From Cetorhinus maximus (taxonomy: Eukaryota): a DNA stretch of 64,000 bases. The translations under genes and the position numbers were made by a program. The notes beneath the pieces are model-generated. The model was not told the origin of the DNA, made no database searches, and worked only from the letters and a program-made list of their open reading frames with translations. Location of the stretch: contig NC_135904.1 in the NCBI RefSeq assembly GCF_964194155.1, forward strand, positions 11,656,001-11,720,000, read 5' to 3'. This document shows, piece by piece, positions 37,209 through 50,045 of the stretch (within the stretch, counting starts at the first letter, position 1; every line of letters begins with the position of its first letter).

Positions 37209-37954
37209 TGCTGGTCAAACAGTCCCTCAGTCTGAGTGTCTGGTTGGTCTGCGGTTGCTGTCTGGGGTTTTGTTTTCTTTATACTTTCGCGCGAAATCTT
37301 TTGCTTTGAGAGGTGAGACAGGAAGAAACCCCCCTTCCCCCTCCCGCTGTTAATTTCACCTTCAGGTGAAACCTGAGCGCAGTTTCCCGCGCTGCCACTT
37401 CTGGCTGGTGGCCCACGTGACTCTACATGTAACAAGGCAGAAGTGTAACAATCAAAGGCTTAGGCACAACGGGAAACCCTGATAGGGGTTTCAATGCTCA
37501 AAGGGTCAGTGAATCACACACAAAACAGACAGTGACAGCCCCCTCCCTCCACCCCTCCATCCCCCTCCCACCCCCCGGCAATCGGCAAATTGCTGACACA
37601 ACCGTGTAATCCCAGCATCAGTCGAAAGCATTCAAAACATAAGACTCAAGGTTTAAGTTGAATTCAGTCCAGTTTTCATTCAGCGCATGTTATAACAACA
37701 AGGAAGGAAGGTTTACATTTATTTACAGAAGTCTCAATGCCCTCCCACTGTCATTGGATATGGATATGGATTCCTCAGCCAGAGGTGAAACGCCTGACCG
37801 GTTCAATTGTATTGTTGACCAGGGCTCGATGCCCCTCTTTCAACTCCGCTGTGGCCAGTGTGGTCATTTACGGTTTATTATTGAGTTCCAACAATGAACT
37901 AGTACAGGTAGCCACACCTCTCTTGTAACCATTTTTTGATTCTATGTTGCTGGA

Positions 37955-38183
37955 TGGGGAGGAGGAAGAGGTGGGGAGGAGGAAGAAAGGGGGGTAAGGA
38001 CGAAGAAAGGGGGAGGAGGAAGAAGAGGGGAGGAGGAAGATGGGGAGGAGGAAGAGAGGGGGAGGGGAAGGGGAGGAAGGGAGTGGAAGAGGGGGAAGGG
38101 AGGGGAAAAGGGGGAGGGAGGGGGAGGGGAGGAAGGGAGTGGAAGAGGGGAGGAAGGGAGGGGATGGAGAGGGGAAGGGAGGT
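37955..38183 (+). repeat. Polypurine (G/A) low-complexity tract
   Basis: About 230 nt almost exclusively G and A, with many GGG+ runs. Confidence 0.95.
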
Positions 38184-38301
38184 GCTCATGCGTTTCCACC
38201 TCCGGAAGGTTTCGTTTTGGGCTGAAGATGTAACATAAGATTACATTTATTTCTCGCTGATATCATGGCCAATAAGTATCCTTCAACCAAAAACAGATTA
38301 T

Positions 38302-38397
38302 AGGCGCGATATACCGGCGGGACGGAAATTTCGCCCAAAGTCAACGGACTTTGTCCGCACGGATTCCCGCCAGGGGCGTCGCCAGAAAATCCAGGCC
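38302..38397. mobile_element. Short Harbinger-like MITE inserted in a Deu-SINE
   Basis: GC/CpG-rich insert flanked by TAT on both sides. It shares AAAGTCAACGGACTTT with the MITE at 63279-63479. Confidence 0.6.
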
Positions 38398-38587
38398 TAT
38401 GTGGTTATTATTTCATTACTGTTTGTGGGAGCTTGCTGTGTGCAAATTGACTGCCACATTTCCTACATTACAACAGTGACTACACGTCAACAAGTGCTTC
38501 ATTAGCTGTGAAGCGCTTTGAGACGCATCTGGTGGTTGTATAGGTGTTTATTTTTTTTATTTCCCTAAAACCTGTTACACTTTTTCT

Positions 38588-38690
38588 AATTCTGATGAAT
38601 GATCATCGACCTGAAACATTATTTCTGCTTCTCTCTCCACCATTGCTGCCTGACCTGGTGAGTATTTGCAGCATTTTCTGTTCTTATTAT
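38588..38690 (+). mobile_element. Penelope-like terminal repeat with hammerhead-like core
   Basis: AATT-CTGATGA-ATGATCATCGACCT-GAAACATT followed by the family tail. Confidence 0.6.
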
Positions 38691-40681
38691 AGAAACAGGT
38701 AATTTGGCCGCAGAAGCCTCCTCTCACCCTCTCACTTCACCTGACCCCACCAGCAAACCCTTCTATTAATTCCTCTTTCATGTGCTTACCTGGCTTCCTC
38801 TGAGATGCATCTATGCTACTCGCCTCAACCACTTCTCGTGGTAAGCAGTTCCACAGTGTCACCCTTCTCTGGGTAAAGACGTTCTTCCTGAATTCTTATT
38901 AGATTGAATAGTGACTATTTTATATCTATGGTCCCTAATTCAGGTCTTCCCCAAAAGTAGAAACACTTATGGTCTTCTCTACAACTGGAAGCATCTCCTT
39001 ATCAAACCTCTTCATATTTTTAAATTCCCCCGGCAAGTCATCACTGGATTTACAAGATAAAAGAGTCCCAGCCTGTTCAACCTTTCTCGAGTTCTGTGGT
39101 TACCCTTGCAAATATATTTTTAACACTTCCTCCTGTGTCTCTGTATCTTTTTTAAAACATGAAGACCTGAACTATGCACAGTCCTTCAAGTGGAGTCATT
39201 TCAATGCGCCTTGTCAATAAGAAATAAAACCCTTGCAAACTAATTTCGAGATATGCGTTGTTTTATTCTTACTCTTCGGAGAGAAATAAGTGAAAAGAAT
39301 GTACATTTTGAAAGTTAGAATGTGTAAGTCACTCTGGATGAGTTGAGCTTGAAGGGTTGTGATGCTGGCGATGGACTGGAAACGGTGTTGTTGGATGTTG
39401 CACCGCCAGGGGGCTCTCAACTGTCAGCCTCAAACCAGGATTGTGGTTCAATCTATTAAAAAATAAATTACACTGGACACAGAGAATGGAGAAAAAAATG
39501 TATATTTCTCTGCAAGTTCATGAAAAGATTTATCGAGAATTCTATAATCGCGTTCGTGGAAACGGTCAAAGAAACCTGGCGGGTTCACACCCTGGTTCAC
39601 AAATGCAATATTGGAAAACCTATACCTTAGTTATATTGGGTTTAACAAAACCCAGTCTTCAGAACAGAGCGAAAACGCTGCGAGTCTTAATTGTTGCTGA
39701 AATGGATTCCTTCCCCCCGCCCCCTGAAATTTCAGCTGGTGGAATCATAGAAAAGTACAGAACAGAAGGAAGTCATCAGTTTTATTTTAATTCTTTTACC
39801 AAATATTAAGAGTGAATTGTCACAATGGCTGCCTTCGGCACATTCTCAATGAAAGGTTGGTTGTTAATTTACATCATGTACATTTACAATAACGCACAGT
39901 TTAAAAAAACACACACGCATCGGAAACAATTGCTTAATGCCAATTAACTGAAATGTACAGCAGGTCGCGCCACATCCTACAATTGCTTCAAGATTGCACA
40001 ATTATTCTGTTAAAAGCTGCACAGCGTCATTTCAATGGGAATCGCTCAGTTTTTTTTTGCTCTTCCTACAGTTGCTTGCATAGCCGAAACGGTTTCTGTT
40101 GTCGAAACGGTTGCTTAACGTAGGAAATACTAAATGTTGCCCGAGGCATGGGGAGAATTCATTGAAATTCTTACAAAGAGTTTCACCCGCAAAGTCGCTT
40201 TTATCATAAAAGACTTCCACAGGCTACCAGATGGTCAAGAAACCTTGTCTGCAACATAGTTCGTGCTATATCGTCCCGCTCTCCATCCGGAGTATTCAAA
40301 TCCAGGAATTAAGGACATTGTGATTCACCTGCTCCCGGGCTTGATGAACACGATTGACCTACAAAATAAATTTTTACAAAATCTAATTTAAATCGTTCCA
40401 AAGAAACAGAAAACGATCAATCTTCAATTATGTGAACGCGCAAGATCCCGTGATTAGGAGAGAACTCAACATCAGTCGCGGATTGTGAATCTGATCTGAA
40501 ATCAGCGAGATATCACAGCATTGAACCCATTTTATTACTTATTGAGGGACACGGTTATGCTTTACTCGTTTTGTCTAAGAATAGTTTATTACATTAACTA
40601 GCGCCACCGCCCCCTCCTCACTAACGATCAGGATAAGAGGACCCATAGCACAAGAGTTTCATTGGGTTTTGTGCAGTGCAG

Positions 40682-41757
40682 TTAGAGGGTGGATTTCCTC
40701 ACACAGGCTGGATTGCAGTGCTCGCTCTCAATAGTGTTCAGAGGGATTCCCGCCTGGATGTCACCGAGTTCTTGTTTTAAAGTGCTTGAGAAGGGTCGAA
40801 TGGCACACATGTGTGTCACGCTGGGTGAAGAAACCTTCCAGAAGACTTCCTTCATGGATTGCCTGAAGTCTCTCCTCAATAAACAGTACAGCACTGGATT
40901 CAGACAACTGTTTGTGTGTGCCAAGCAGACAGTGACTGGGAACACATAGGCGTGCAGAATGTAGTATGTTTGGTCCCAAGGCACAGCGTTAAGCTTAACT
41001 AAAACCCCCCAAAGGGTTATAAGGTGGTTGGGAAGCCAGCAAAGAAAAAAAGAGAGCATGACAATGGTAACAGACCTGGTCACTCTGGACTTTCTCTTGG
41101 GATTGTTGGTACTGATGTGGTGTTGTCCAAGGAATCTAACAAGGAGTAAATAGCAGATTGAAAGGATAATCATAGGCAAGACAAAAGCCAGCGTGATCTT
41201 CTGGATGTGGTAAAGAGCAAGCCAATACTGCCCATCGTCCGGGAAATTCAGCAAGCACAGGTTCTCGCCTGCAATTGTACTGGCGGTTGAGAACACCGCC
41301 GTGGGTAACGTTGCGAGACTAGCCGCGACCCAGAGGAGAAAACTGACCCACTTCACCGAGCAATAGACCCGGCTTCTTCTGATCTTCAGCGCCGACGCCA
41401 CCGACCAGTAACGGGCGATGCCCATTGCGGTCAGGAAGAAGACACTGGCGTACATGTTCATCACGGTGAGGGACAGGATGATCCTGCACATGGCGTCCCC
41501 GAAAGGCCAGCTGAAATCCAGAGCAGTGTCCACTGCCCAGAAGGGCAAGGTGAGGACGAACTGGAAGTCGGTCACTGCCAAGTTCAGGATGAAGAAGTTG
41601 ATGGTGGAATGCTTGCCTCCTTGTTTCAACCTCATCAAGAAGAAGACCAGCAAATTCCCCACCAGACCAGTGGCACAAACTACGGAGTAGGTGATGGAGA
41701 TGCTGATTCTCAAAGCCGGGGAGCCATCACCGGGGATGTCAATGTCATATAAATTGT
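40682..41757 (-). CDS. rxfp3: Relaxin-family peptide receptor 3-like class A GPCR (RXFP3/RXFP4 family); 5' end truncated by assembly gap
   Basis: Open frame of 358 codons (including the stop) with 7 hydrophobic segments: GLVGNLLV (TM1), NLAVTDFQFVLTLPFWAVDTALDFSWPFG, MNMYASVFFLTAMGIARYWSV, FFLCWLPNH, LAHTNSCLNPVLY. These motifs are characteristic of RXFP3. Stop TAA at 40682-40684. Confidence 0.92.
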
Positions 41758-41957
41758 NNNNNNNNNNNNNNNNNNNNNNNNNNNNNNNNNNNNNNNNNNN
41801 NNNNNNNNNNNNNNNNNNNNNNNNNNNNNNNNNNNNNNNNNNNNNNNNNNNNNNNNNNNNNNNNNNNNNNNNNNNNNNNNNNNNNNNNNNNNNNNNNNNN
41901 NNNNNNNNNNNNNNNNNNNNNNNNNNNNNNNNNNNNNNNNNNNNNNNNNNNNNNNNN
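41758..41957. other. Assembly gap (200 N)
   Basis: A run of exactly 200 N; the round number suggests a placeholder of unknown true size. Confidence 0.99.
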
Positions 41958-42309
41958 ACGTTTAATAAATGTTGAGCTACATCACAACTCGCACCTGATA
42001 TGAATGTGTGAAACATTCGGACCTCTTGATCATGCCTGATTTTCATCACTTCACCATAGGTAACTTTGCCTTCAGGTACCCAGCCCCCTCCCAACGCCTC
42101 TCCAACTCTCTACCTCGACTTTCTTCTTTTAAGACACTTCTTAAAACCCACCTGTCTGATCAAACTTTTGTTCGTCTGACCTAATATCTCCTTATCTGGC
42201 CCGGTGTCTTTTGTTTTGCAACGCTCCTGTGAAGCACCTTGGGACGTTTTATTAGGTTAAAGGCACTCTTTAAATACAAGTTCTTGTTCTTGTTGGAATG
42301 GAAATCCTG

Positions 42310-44410
42310 CGTTTAAGGATGCAACCACTAAACCTAAAGTCTAAAATGGGGTAGCAATGCATGTATGTGCACAGAGTGCGGTAAATAAGTTTGTTGAATT
42401 TCAGATGAAGATATGATATTGTGGCAATAAGAGACACCTGGCTCAAAGAAGGTCAGGAATGGGTATTAAATATTCCTGGATACAAGGTGTTCAGGAAAGA
42501 TAGGAAAGGGAAAAAAGGAGGAGGGGTGGTGATATTGATTAAGGAGAGCATTGCAGAGCAGAGAAAGAGTATGCCCCAGAGGAGTTAAGGACAGAATCTA
42601 TTTGGCAAGAGCTAAGGAACAAAAACGATGCCATTACATTACTCAGTATAGTCTGTAGACCATCAACTAGTGGGGAAGATGTAGAAGAATTTTCAAGGAA
42701 ATTGTAGAGAGGTGCAAGAATTATAGAGTGGTTCCTAGAGTGTGTTCAGGGGAATTTCCCACAGCAGTCTAATGAGAAGGGAGGCATTGCTGGACCTGGT
42801 GCTTGGGAATAAGATGGGCAAAGTGGATTAAGTGTCAGTAGGGGGAAATTTAGGGGAAAGTGACCATTGTGTCATAAGGTTTAGGTTGGCTATAGAAAAG
42901 GGCAAGGAGCAATCCAGGGTTAGAATAATTACCTGGGGAAAAGCCACTTCAATGGAGTAAGAATGGATCTGGCCCAGATCAATTGAAATCAAAGATTAGC
43001 AGGCAAGACTGTAACTGTACAAAGGGCTGCATTAAATAAGATATGGTTCAAGTACAGACAGGGTATATCCCTATAAAGGGGAAAGATAGGGCAAACAAAT
43101 CCAGAGCTCCCTAAATGATGAAAGAGATAGAGACTAAAATGAAATGGAAAAAAGTGCGCTTGTTACAGATGTCAGATAGATAATACAATTGAAAATGACA
43201 TATATAAAATATTGAAGGTTCAGAGGGGAATTGAAACAGCAAATAAGAAAAGCAAACAGAGAGTATGAGAAGAGACTGGAAGCTAAAACAAAAATGAATC
43301 ATAAAATATTTTATCGGCATATAAATAGGAAAAGGTGGTAAAAGGAAGTGTAGGGCCAAACAGGAACCAAAAAGGGGCAGAGGGCATGGTTGGGGTATTA
43401 AATGAATACTTTGCATCTGTCTTTACCCAGGGAGAAGATGCTGCCCAGGTCATGGTGAAGGGTTTAAAATTGATGAGGAGGAGGTAATGGATAGGCTATC
43501 TGTGCTTAAAGTTGATAAGGCATGAGGACCGAATGAGATGTATCCAAGGATACTGAAGAAAGTGAGAGTAGAAATTGTGGAGGCATTGGCCATAATTTTC
43601 CAATCTTCCTTAGACTCAGGGGTGGTGCCAGAGTTCTGGAGAATTGCAAATACTACACCCTTGTTCAAAAAAGGGTGTAAAGGTAAGCATAGTAACTACA
43701 GGCTAGTCAATTTAACCTCGGTGGTGGGGAAGCTTTCAGAAGCAATAATTTAGGACAAAATTAGTGGTCACTTGGACAAATACAGGTTAATTAAGGAAAG
43801 CCAGCATGGATTTGTTAAACATGTTTAATAACTCGCTTGAGTTTTTTGATGAGGCAACACAGAGGGTTGATGAGGGAAATACTGTTGATGTGGTATACCT
43901 GGATTTCCAAAAGGCATTTGATAAAGCGCCACACAACAGACTTGCGAGCAAAGTTATAGATCATGGAATAAAAGGGAAAGTAGCAAGATGGATAGGAAAT
44001 TGGGTGAGTGACAGGAAACAAAGAGGAGTGGTGAACGATTGTTTTCCAGACTGGAGGTAGGTTTATAGTGGAGTTCCCCAGGGATTGGTGTTAGGACCCC
44101 TGCTCTTCCTGGTATATGTATTAATGACCTGGAGCTTGGTGCACATGGCAAAATTTGCAGATGATTCAAACTTGAAAGTATTGTGAACCATGAAGATAAT
44201 AGTGTAGAATGAAAATAACTTAAGTTTGTAGAATGGGTAGACAAATGGCAGTTGAAATTTAACACAAAGAAGTGTGAAGTGACTCATTTTGGTAGGAAGA
44301 ATGCAGAAAGACAATATAAAATAAAGGGTGTACTTCTAAAGGGGATGGAGGAGCAGGGGACCTGGGTGAATATGTGCATAAATCATTGAAGGTGGCAGGA
44401 CAGGTTGAAA
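42310..44410 (+). mobile_element. CR1 LINE with endonuclease and RT remnants, internally deleted
   Basis: DTWLKEGQEWVLNIPGYKVFRKDRKGKKGGGV (APE domain), WRIANTTPLFKKG and YLDFQKAFDK. Close to the 6780-8588 subfamily. Confidence 0.92.
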
Positions 44411-45911
44411 GTCTTGAGCTTAAGTAACTGAGGATCTGCTTGCATTGGGTATTTCAGCAAAATTAAAGGAAGACTGCAGCATGAGCAATTGGAGATCAGT
44501 CAATGTGAAAAAATATATATAAATACCATAAAACACAGGGATGACACATGAAAGAATATTATTAGGGTAACAAAAGTAAACATTATAACTGGTTAACCTT
44601 AAGTTGCAATTGCATTGATCCTAATTCTGTTGTTGACATCAGGCAGATATGTACAAAAATATACATTTCCTTTCAAAGCATGGGGTTAGAAGATGAACAT
44701 TCCCCTTATAGAAGAGTAGATTATTCCATCCATAGTCTTCTTATTTCATATGATGAGTTGTGTAAAATTGCAAATATCACCCTGCAGCACCGGTGAAACA
44801 GGAATCAATAAAGAATGGTTAGCGCAACAACAGCCAGGTAATGGACAAAGGTTAGAAACCTTTTTGTCTGAATATCCACCAGGAACAGAGGAGGATTGCA
44901 ATTTCTGGATGTGTTGCATTGTTCATGTGCTCCTTCCCATGGAAATCATTTTCAATTGAATCACGAGTCAGGTTTTGACTTTCCAGTGATTGCTATGGGT
45001 TGAAGAATAGTTTGGAGAAAGATTGAAATGTTCACATTGGGGGTTTGAAAAGATTTCAACTTCTTTTGTAAAAGAGAAAGTTCCAAAACTTTAAAAATAT
45101 TTGAATATCAAAGATAGCTGGCATGTCTAAAGCTCCTCACACAGAGAGATGCATTATGTGAGAAAATTGAGACATGATATGTAGGAAGTGCTGAATAAAG
45201 AAAACAGAATATAAACAGAAAGAGCCTCTGAAATTTTTGTCCCAATGGGATGGCAATAACGTCCTGATATTTAAAACAGTGGGATACTTTTTATATGTTA
45301 CTGCCCGCTATGACTCTTGGAATTTTCATTACTTTTACATAGAAGATGCTTACTGATGATCTGCCTGCATATATACCAATATAAAGTAACTGATGGCTTA
45401 AAATGATATATAAATAGAATAATAGATATGCATTGTTAACAGATCAAGGAGTCTGAAAGAAGATTACATTCCTGTTAATTGGTAAGTGTATGTGAATAAT
45501 TATGGGTTTCTGTCAATATATGTTGGCCATCAATATAATTCATTCACAGCTTTCTGTCTTGTAAAATGATGGTTTGTGTAGTGGTGGTCAACTCTGTTAA
45601 ACATCATCTGATGTGTCTCAGGAGCCCCACTCCACCATGGCAGTCTTTGCCACATTTGCTGCAAAGGAAGACAGTGGACTGAGAAGGTGTAGGATTCACT
45701 GGTCCCTGTTTTCTTGGGCCCTCTTCTTGGCCAGCTAAGCTCTAGAGGTCCTTGTTGTCAATGACCATCTCTCAGTTGTCAGTGTCAATGTCTGCTATCT
45801 TCACATCTCTTTGACACGTGTCCCTGTAATGGAGGTATGTACACCCAGGAGATTGTGACCCAGTGGCTAGTTCACCATATAGGTCTTTGAATAATGTCAT
45901 CCGGCTAATGA

Positions 45912-46476
45912 ACATATGAAGTAGGAGCAGAAGTAGGCCATTCGGCCCCTCGAGCCTGCTCTGCCATTCAATATGATCATGGCTAATCTGCTTGTGTTTC
46001 AAGTTCTACATTCCCATCTACCCATGATTACTTTTGATTCTCTTGCCTAACAAGAGTCTATCTACCTCTTCCTTAAAAATATTCAAAGACTGCTTTCTGA
46101 GGCAGAGAGTTACAAAGTTGCACAACCCTCTGAGAGAAAATAATTCTCCTCATCTCTGTCCTAAGGGTGACCCTTAATTTTAAAACAGTGCCCCCTAGTT
46201 GTGGACTCATCCACAAGAGGAAACATCCTTTCGATGTCCAACTTGTCAAGGCCATTGAGGATTTTATATACTTAATCAAGTCACCCTTCACTCTTCTAAA
46301 CTCCAGTAGAAACAAGCCCAGCCTGTCCAACCTACCCTTATAAGACAACCAGCTCATTCCAGGTATCAATCTAGTAAACCTCTTCTGAACCACCTCCAAT
46401 GCATTTACATCCTTCCTTAAATAAAGAGACCAAAACTGCACACAGTATTCGAGATGTGGTCTCACCAATGCCCTGT
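45912..46476 (-). mobile_element. CR1 3' fragment
   Basis: Translates YRALVRPHLEYCVQFWSLYLRKDVNALEVVQKRFTRLIPGM. Confidence 0.9.
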
Positions 46477-49433
46477 ATGAATGTGTCTGAAAGTGCTCAG
46501 CCACGGCAGGAGACTCTTAGGAGGACAATGAAAATGCTTTAGGGATTAAAAAGATTATTCCTCAACTACTCATCATATGGACTGTGAGATTCCATATAAA
46601 GGAATAACCACCACTATCAACTGGTATAGAGACGGTTATGGCTGTGGGATCAGCATTCATGTCACCGCTTGTCGAACTGATAGTCAAGCTGCAAATCCCC
46701 CCACTCTTTCACAATTTTCCCCAGGTGAAGATGCAAAGCAATGTGAAGTATGGCAGTCATTCGGGCTGATTACAAGAAGTAGAGAATCATCTCTGTGATG
46801 TTATACCAAAATCTTTGATATGCTGTGTCCCTTCGAGTGCAACTTCTTCACTGAGATTGCAGGGTTGGAAAATCTATTCTAGAGAATAAGGGGTATCTGC
46901 GAATTATCATTGGTTTTAAGTGGCATCTGCTGTGGCACAGGGCAATTCCACCTGAGCAAATCACAAGTACCTTTCCTCTTAAACGAGGCACCTAAGCCTT
47001 CTTAGCCAAAGTGCAAGGGAATTCCCTTTATGTACATTCTACAGGAGTGTTACCTTTCATTAAACCCAAGAGGCCTGTGAAATAAAATGCTGTTGGCTTA
47101 GATTCTATTCCCACCTTGCCAGCTGATTGTTATAAAAGCATAGCTTTCTGCTTAATATGAAACACATGCAGAGCTGCATATTCTCTAACAGAGAATAAGA
47201 TGTTTTAAGTGCACACTCAAGATCTGGACTGAAAGCTTGGGGGTGATTCCGCACCATAATTTAATCAAAGGATGGTTTGTAATTAATCATGGATATCTGG
47301 CAGAAATTGGAAGGTAGCAATCTGATCCCATTTAATACTTTACCAAGTCCATTTAATACCATACCAATCCTAATTCCAACCAGATACTTACCCATAATCT
47401 TTAAGGAATTGACAAACCCAACCTTAACTGCTTCTGACTCTAGTCTGTTTCATGTATCCACTTTCTGTGGGAAAATTTTTCTCCTAAGCTATAGTTCATC
47501 TGTAGTCTGCTCATTCTGTGCCCAGGTTTAAAGCTAAGAAACATGAAGGAAGATTAAGGTTAGTAGCTACAGGTGTGAGTTTGTATTATTCCAATGAGAT
47601 CTGGGAAATCATTTCAATGACTGTGAATCTCTGTTGATATTTGTCAGATATTATATATATAGAAGATTGAGAGGAAGTTAGAAGGTCAAGCATGTCTTAA
47701 AACTTCATACACTATGTCATTAGTTCTGTTGTTTACAAAATATATTAGACTTGGGGGCTCAATGATTGCTTGCTGAATATCATGTAATATTCAATTTTCA
47801 AAATTTTTCACTTCACTCCTTAAGGTATTGGCTCCTTGCTGGGCTGTGATTGGAGAGGAGCCTTCTGTTACCCCAATCCAAACTTAGCTCTTCATCGCAT
47901 GCATTTGTTGCACTGTGACCTAGCATGAGAGGTGAAAGGAAAATTGAAAGAAAGGAAAAGGTGAATTTTAAGGATGCAAGCAGGTGGGAAAATGGAGTAT
48001 CTTGGTTAGTTTCTGAGTAAAACTCACTCTACTGAAAATTTGAAACTTGTCTAATTCCAGCCTCAGGTGTGCCCAGCTTTGTGACTTTGTTCGCCACGCC
48101 AAATCTCACATGCTAAGTATAAACTTTAAATCAATGTTGTAATTAATTTGCATGCATTTTAATTTCTGAGACTAATGCGCCCTGACCCTGCTGCTCCCTG
48201 GTGAGTTAGAGATCTCTCCTCCAAACACTGTCATGATTCCTTTCTTTTCCTGGAACATCCACCTTGACATAATCCACATCGTTCCTCCTCTAGGTCAACA
48301 GGCTGTCTCCAAGAGTAGTGAATCATAGTATCATAGAATAGTACAGCCCAAAAGGAAGCCACTTGGCTCATCAAGTCTGTAACAGCTCTTTCAAACTGCA
48401 ATCCACTTAGTTCCATTACCCCAACTCTTTACCAATATTCCTTCATCTTTTTTCTCCTCCAAGCATTTATCCAATTTTCTTTTGAAGGCTACTATTGGCT
48501 CTGTTTCCACACCCTATCAGGCAAAACATTCCCAATTTTAACTATTCATTGCATGAAAATGTTCCACGACATGTTGTCTGTGATTCTTGTGCCCATCACC
48601 TTAAATCAGTGCCCTCTGTTGATCATCCTTGCAGTCACTGGAAACAATTTTTAAAATATATTAAAATCAAATAGCAGTGATCTCTGAGGGTTCCCAGACT
48701 CTGGTGAACTCTGTTAAAATGATCCTGAGATTTACCTTTTCCTGTCTCGGCTTCTCTTAGTCAGTAGCTTTTACTCTTGACTTGGAAGATTGTGGATTCA
48801 AGCTCCAGTTCAGTGTTGCTCCCACTCCAGTGTGACACTTCGAAACTACCGCCCGAGGCAGTGAAATGTGCTATATCATTGCAAGTTCTCACTTTTCTTT
48901 CCCCTTAAGAGATGCACCATCTACAATAGAGAGTCTCTTATCCTGTGCATATCAAGGCAACTCCCATATTTCCATAAACCTCCCCATCTCTCTACCTCTT
49001 TCTTCTCCCTTAAGATGTTCCCTAAAACCTACCCCTTTGACCAAGCTTTTGGTCACCTGTCCTTATATCTTCTAATGTGGCTCAGTATCAAGTTTTGTCT
49101 GATTATGCTCCTGTGAAGTGCTTTGGAATGTTTTACTATGTCAAAGGTGCTATATAAATGCAAGTTGGTGTTGTTCTTTGATGAGCTACTTCAGAACACC
49201 CTTGATAGAGAAAGAGGAGAATAAACCGAAGTTTCCACTCCTGACCATTCTCTTTCTACAGGAAAGTGTTTAGTGTGGACTCTAGGTAAGAATAGGATTG
49301 TATTTAATCAAATGCCATGCCAACATGCTATCTATGTTCACATCTGAATAATGTGAGGGATGGAAAGGCCCCTGATACTTTTCGTTAGCTCTTTACACGC
49401 TGCATCATCTTTCACTTTGTGTGATGGGGAGTT

Positions 49434-49455
49434 CAGAGAGAGAGAGAGAGAGAGA
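49434..49455 (+). repeat. (AG)n microsatellite
   Basis: Perfect AG run. Confidence 0.9.
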
Positions 49456-49804
49456 CGAAGAATGCACATAATAAAATACTTTTAAAAGTTAGCACAGCCA
49501 TTTTGTAGTACATAAAACAACAGCTGTGATGGAAAGTTACAAGTTTCCAACATAATCAGGAGGCTTCAAATTACCTCATAAAACTGCACCAGCAAAGTGT
49601 AAGCCCTTTACAAACCCAACCTGAACTCTTTGACTTTGTCGCAACATAACTCACTCCTTTTAATATAGTGTGGATCTTTTTTTTAACTGAGTATTTTTAT
49701 GGTCATGAAGGCTGGGGATGTTAGGTGAAAGGAAGAGAAGGCAGATTTCGAACATTTTAGTATGTATTGAATCAGTAGAGCACAAGTCACATACAGAACT
49801 TTAA

Positions 49805-50045
49805 AACTTTTATTCCTGGGATGTTTTCATCGCTGACAAGGCCAGCATTTATGGCCGTCCCTCAGTTTCCTCGAGAAGATGGTTTAATACATCTGAATGG
49901 CTTGCGACACTACTTCGGAAGGAGGCTAAGAGTCATGCACGATGGTGTGAGACTGGAGTTACATTAAGGCCCAGGCCAGGTAAGGACAACAGGTTTTTCC
50001 TTCCCTAAAGGACAATTGGGTTTTTATGACAATCTCACAGCTGGT
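49805..50045 (-). mobile_element. Partial copy of the tRNA-derived SINE family seen at 3006-3327
   Basis: Shared core (TTTAGGGAAGGAAA...CCTTACCTGGCCTGG) and shared tail. Confidence 0.65.

Noticed and set aside
37899-38238. Pro-rich and Gly/Arg-rich ORFs
   Set aside because: Artefacts of the polypurine/polypyrimidine tract.
41958-42094. N-terminal part of the 470-aa ORF in the track (MGGGWVPEG...)
   Set aside because: It is joined to the GPCR only by reading through the N gap, and the sequence overlaps an L2-like repeat tail.
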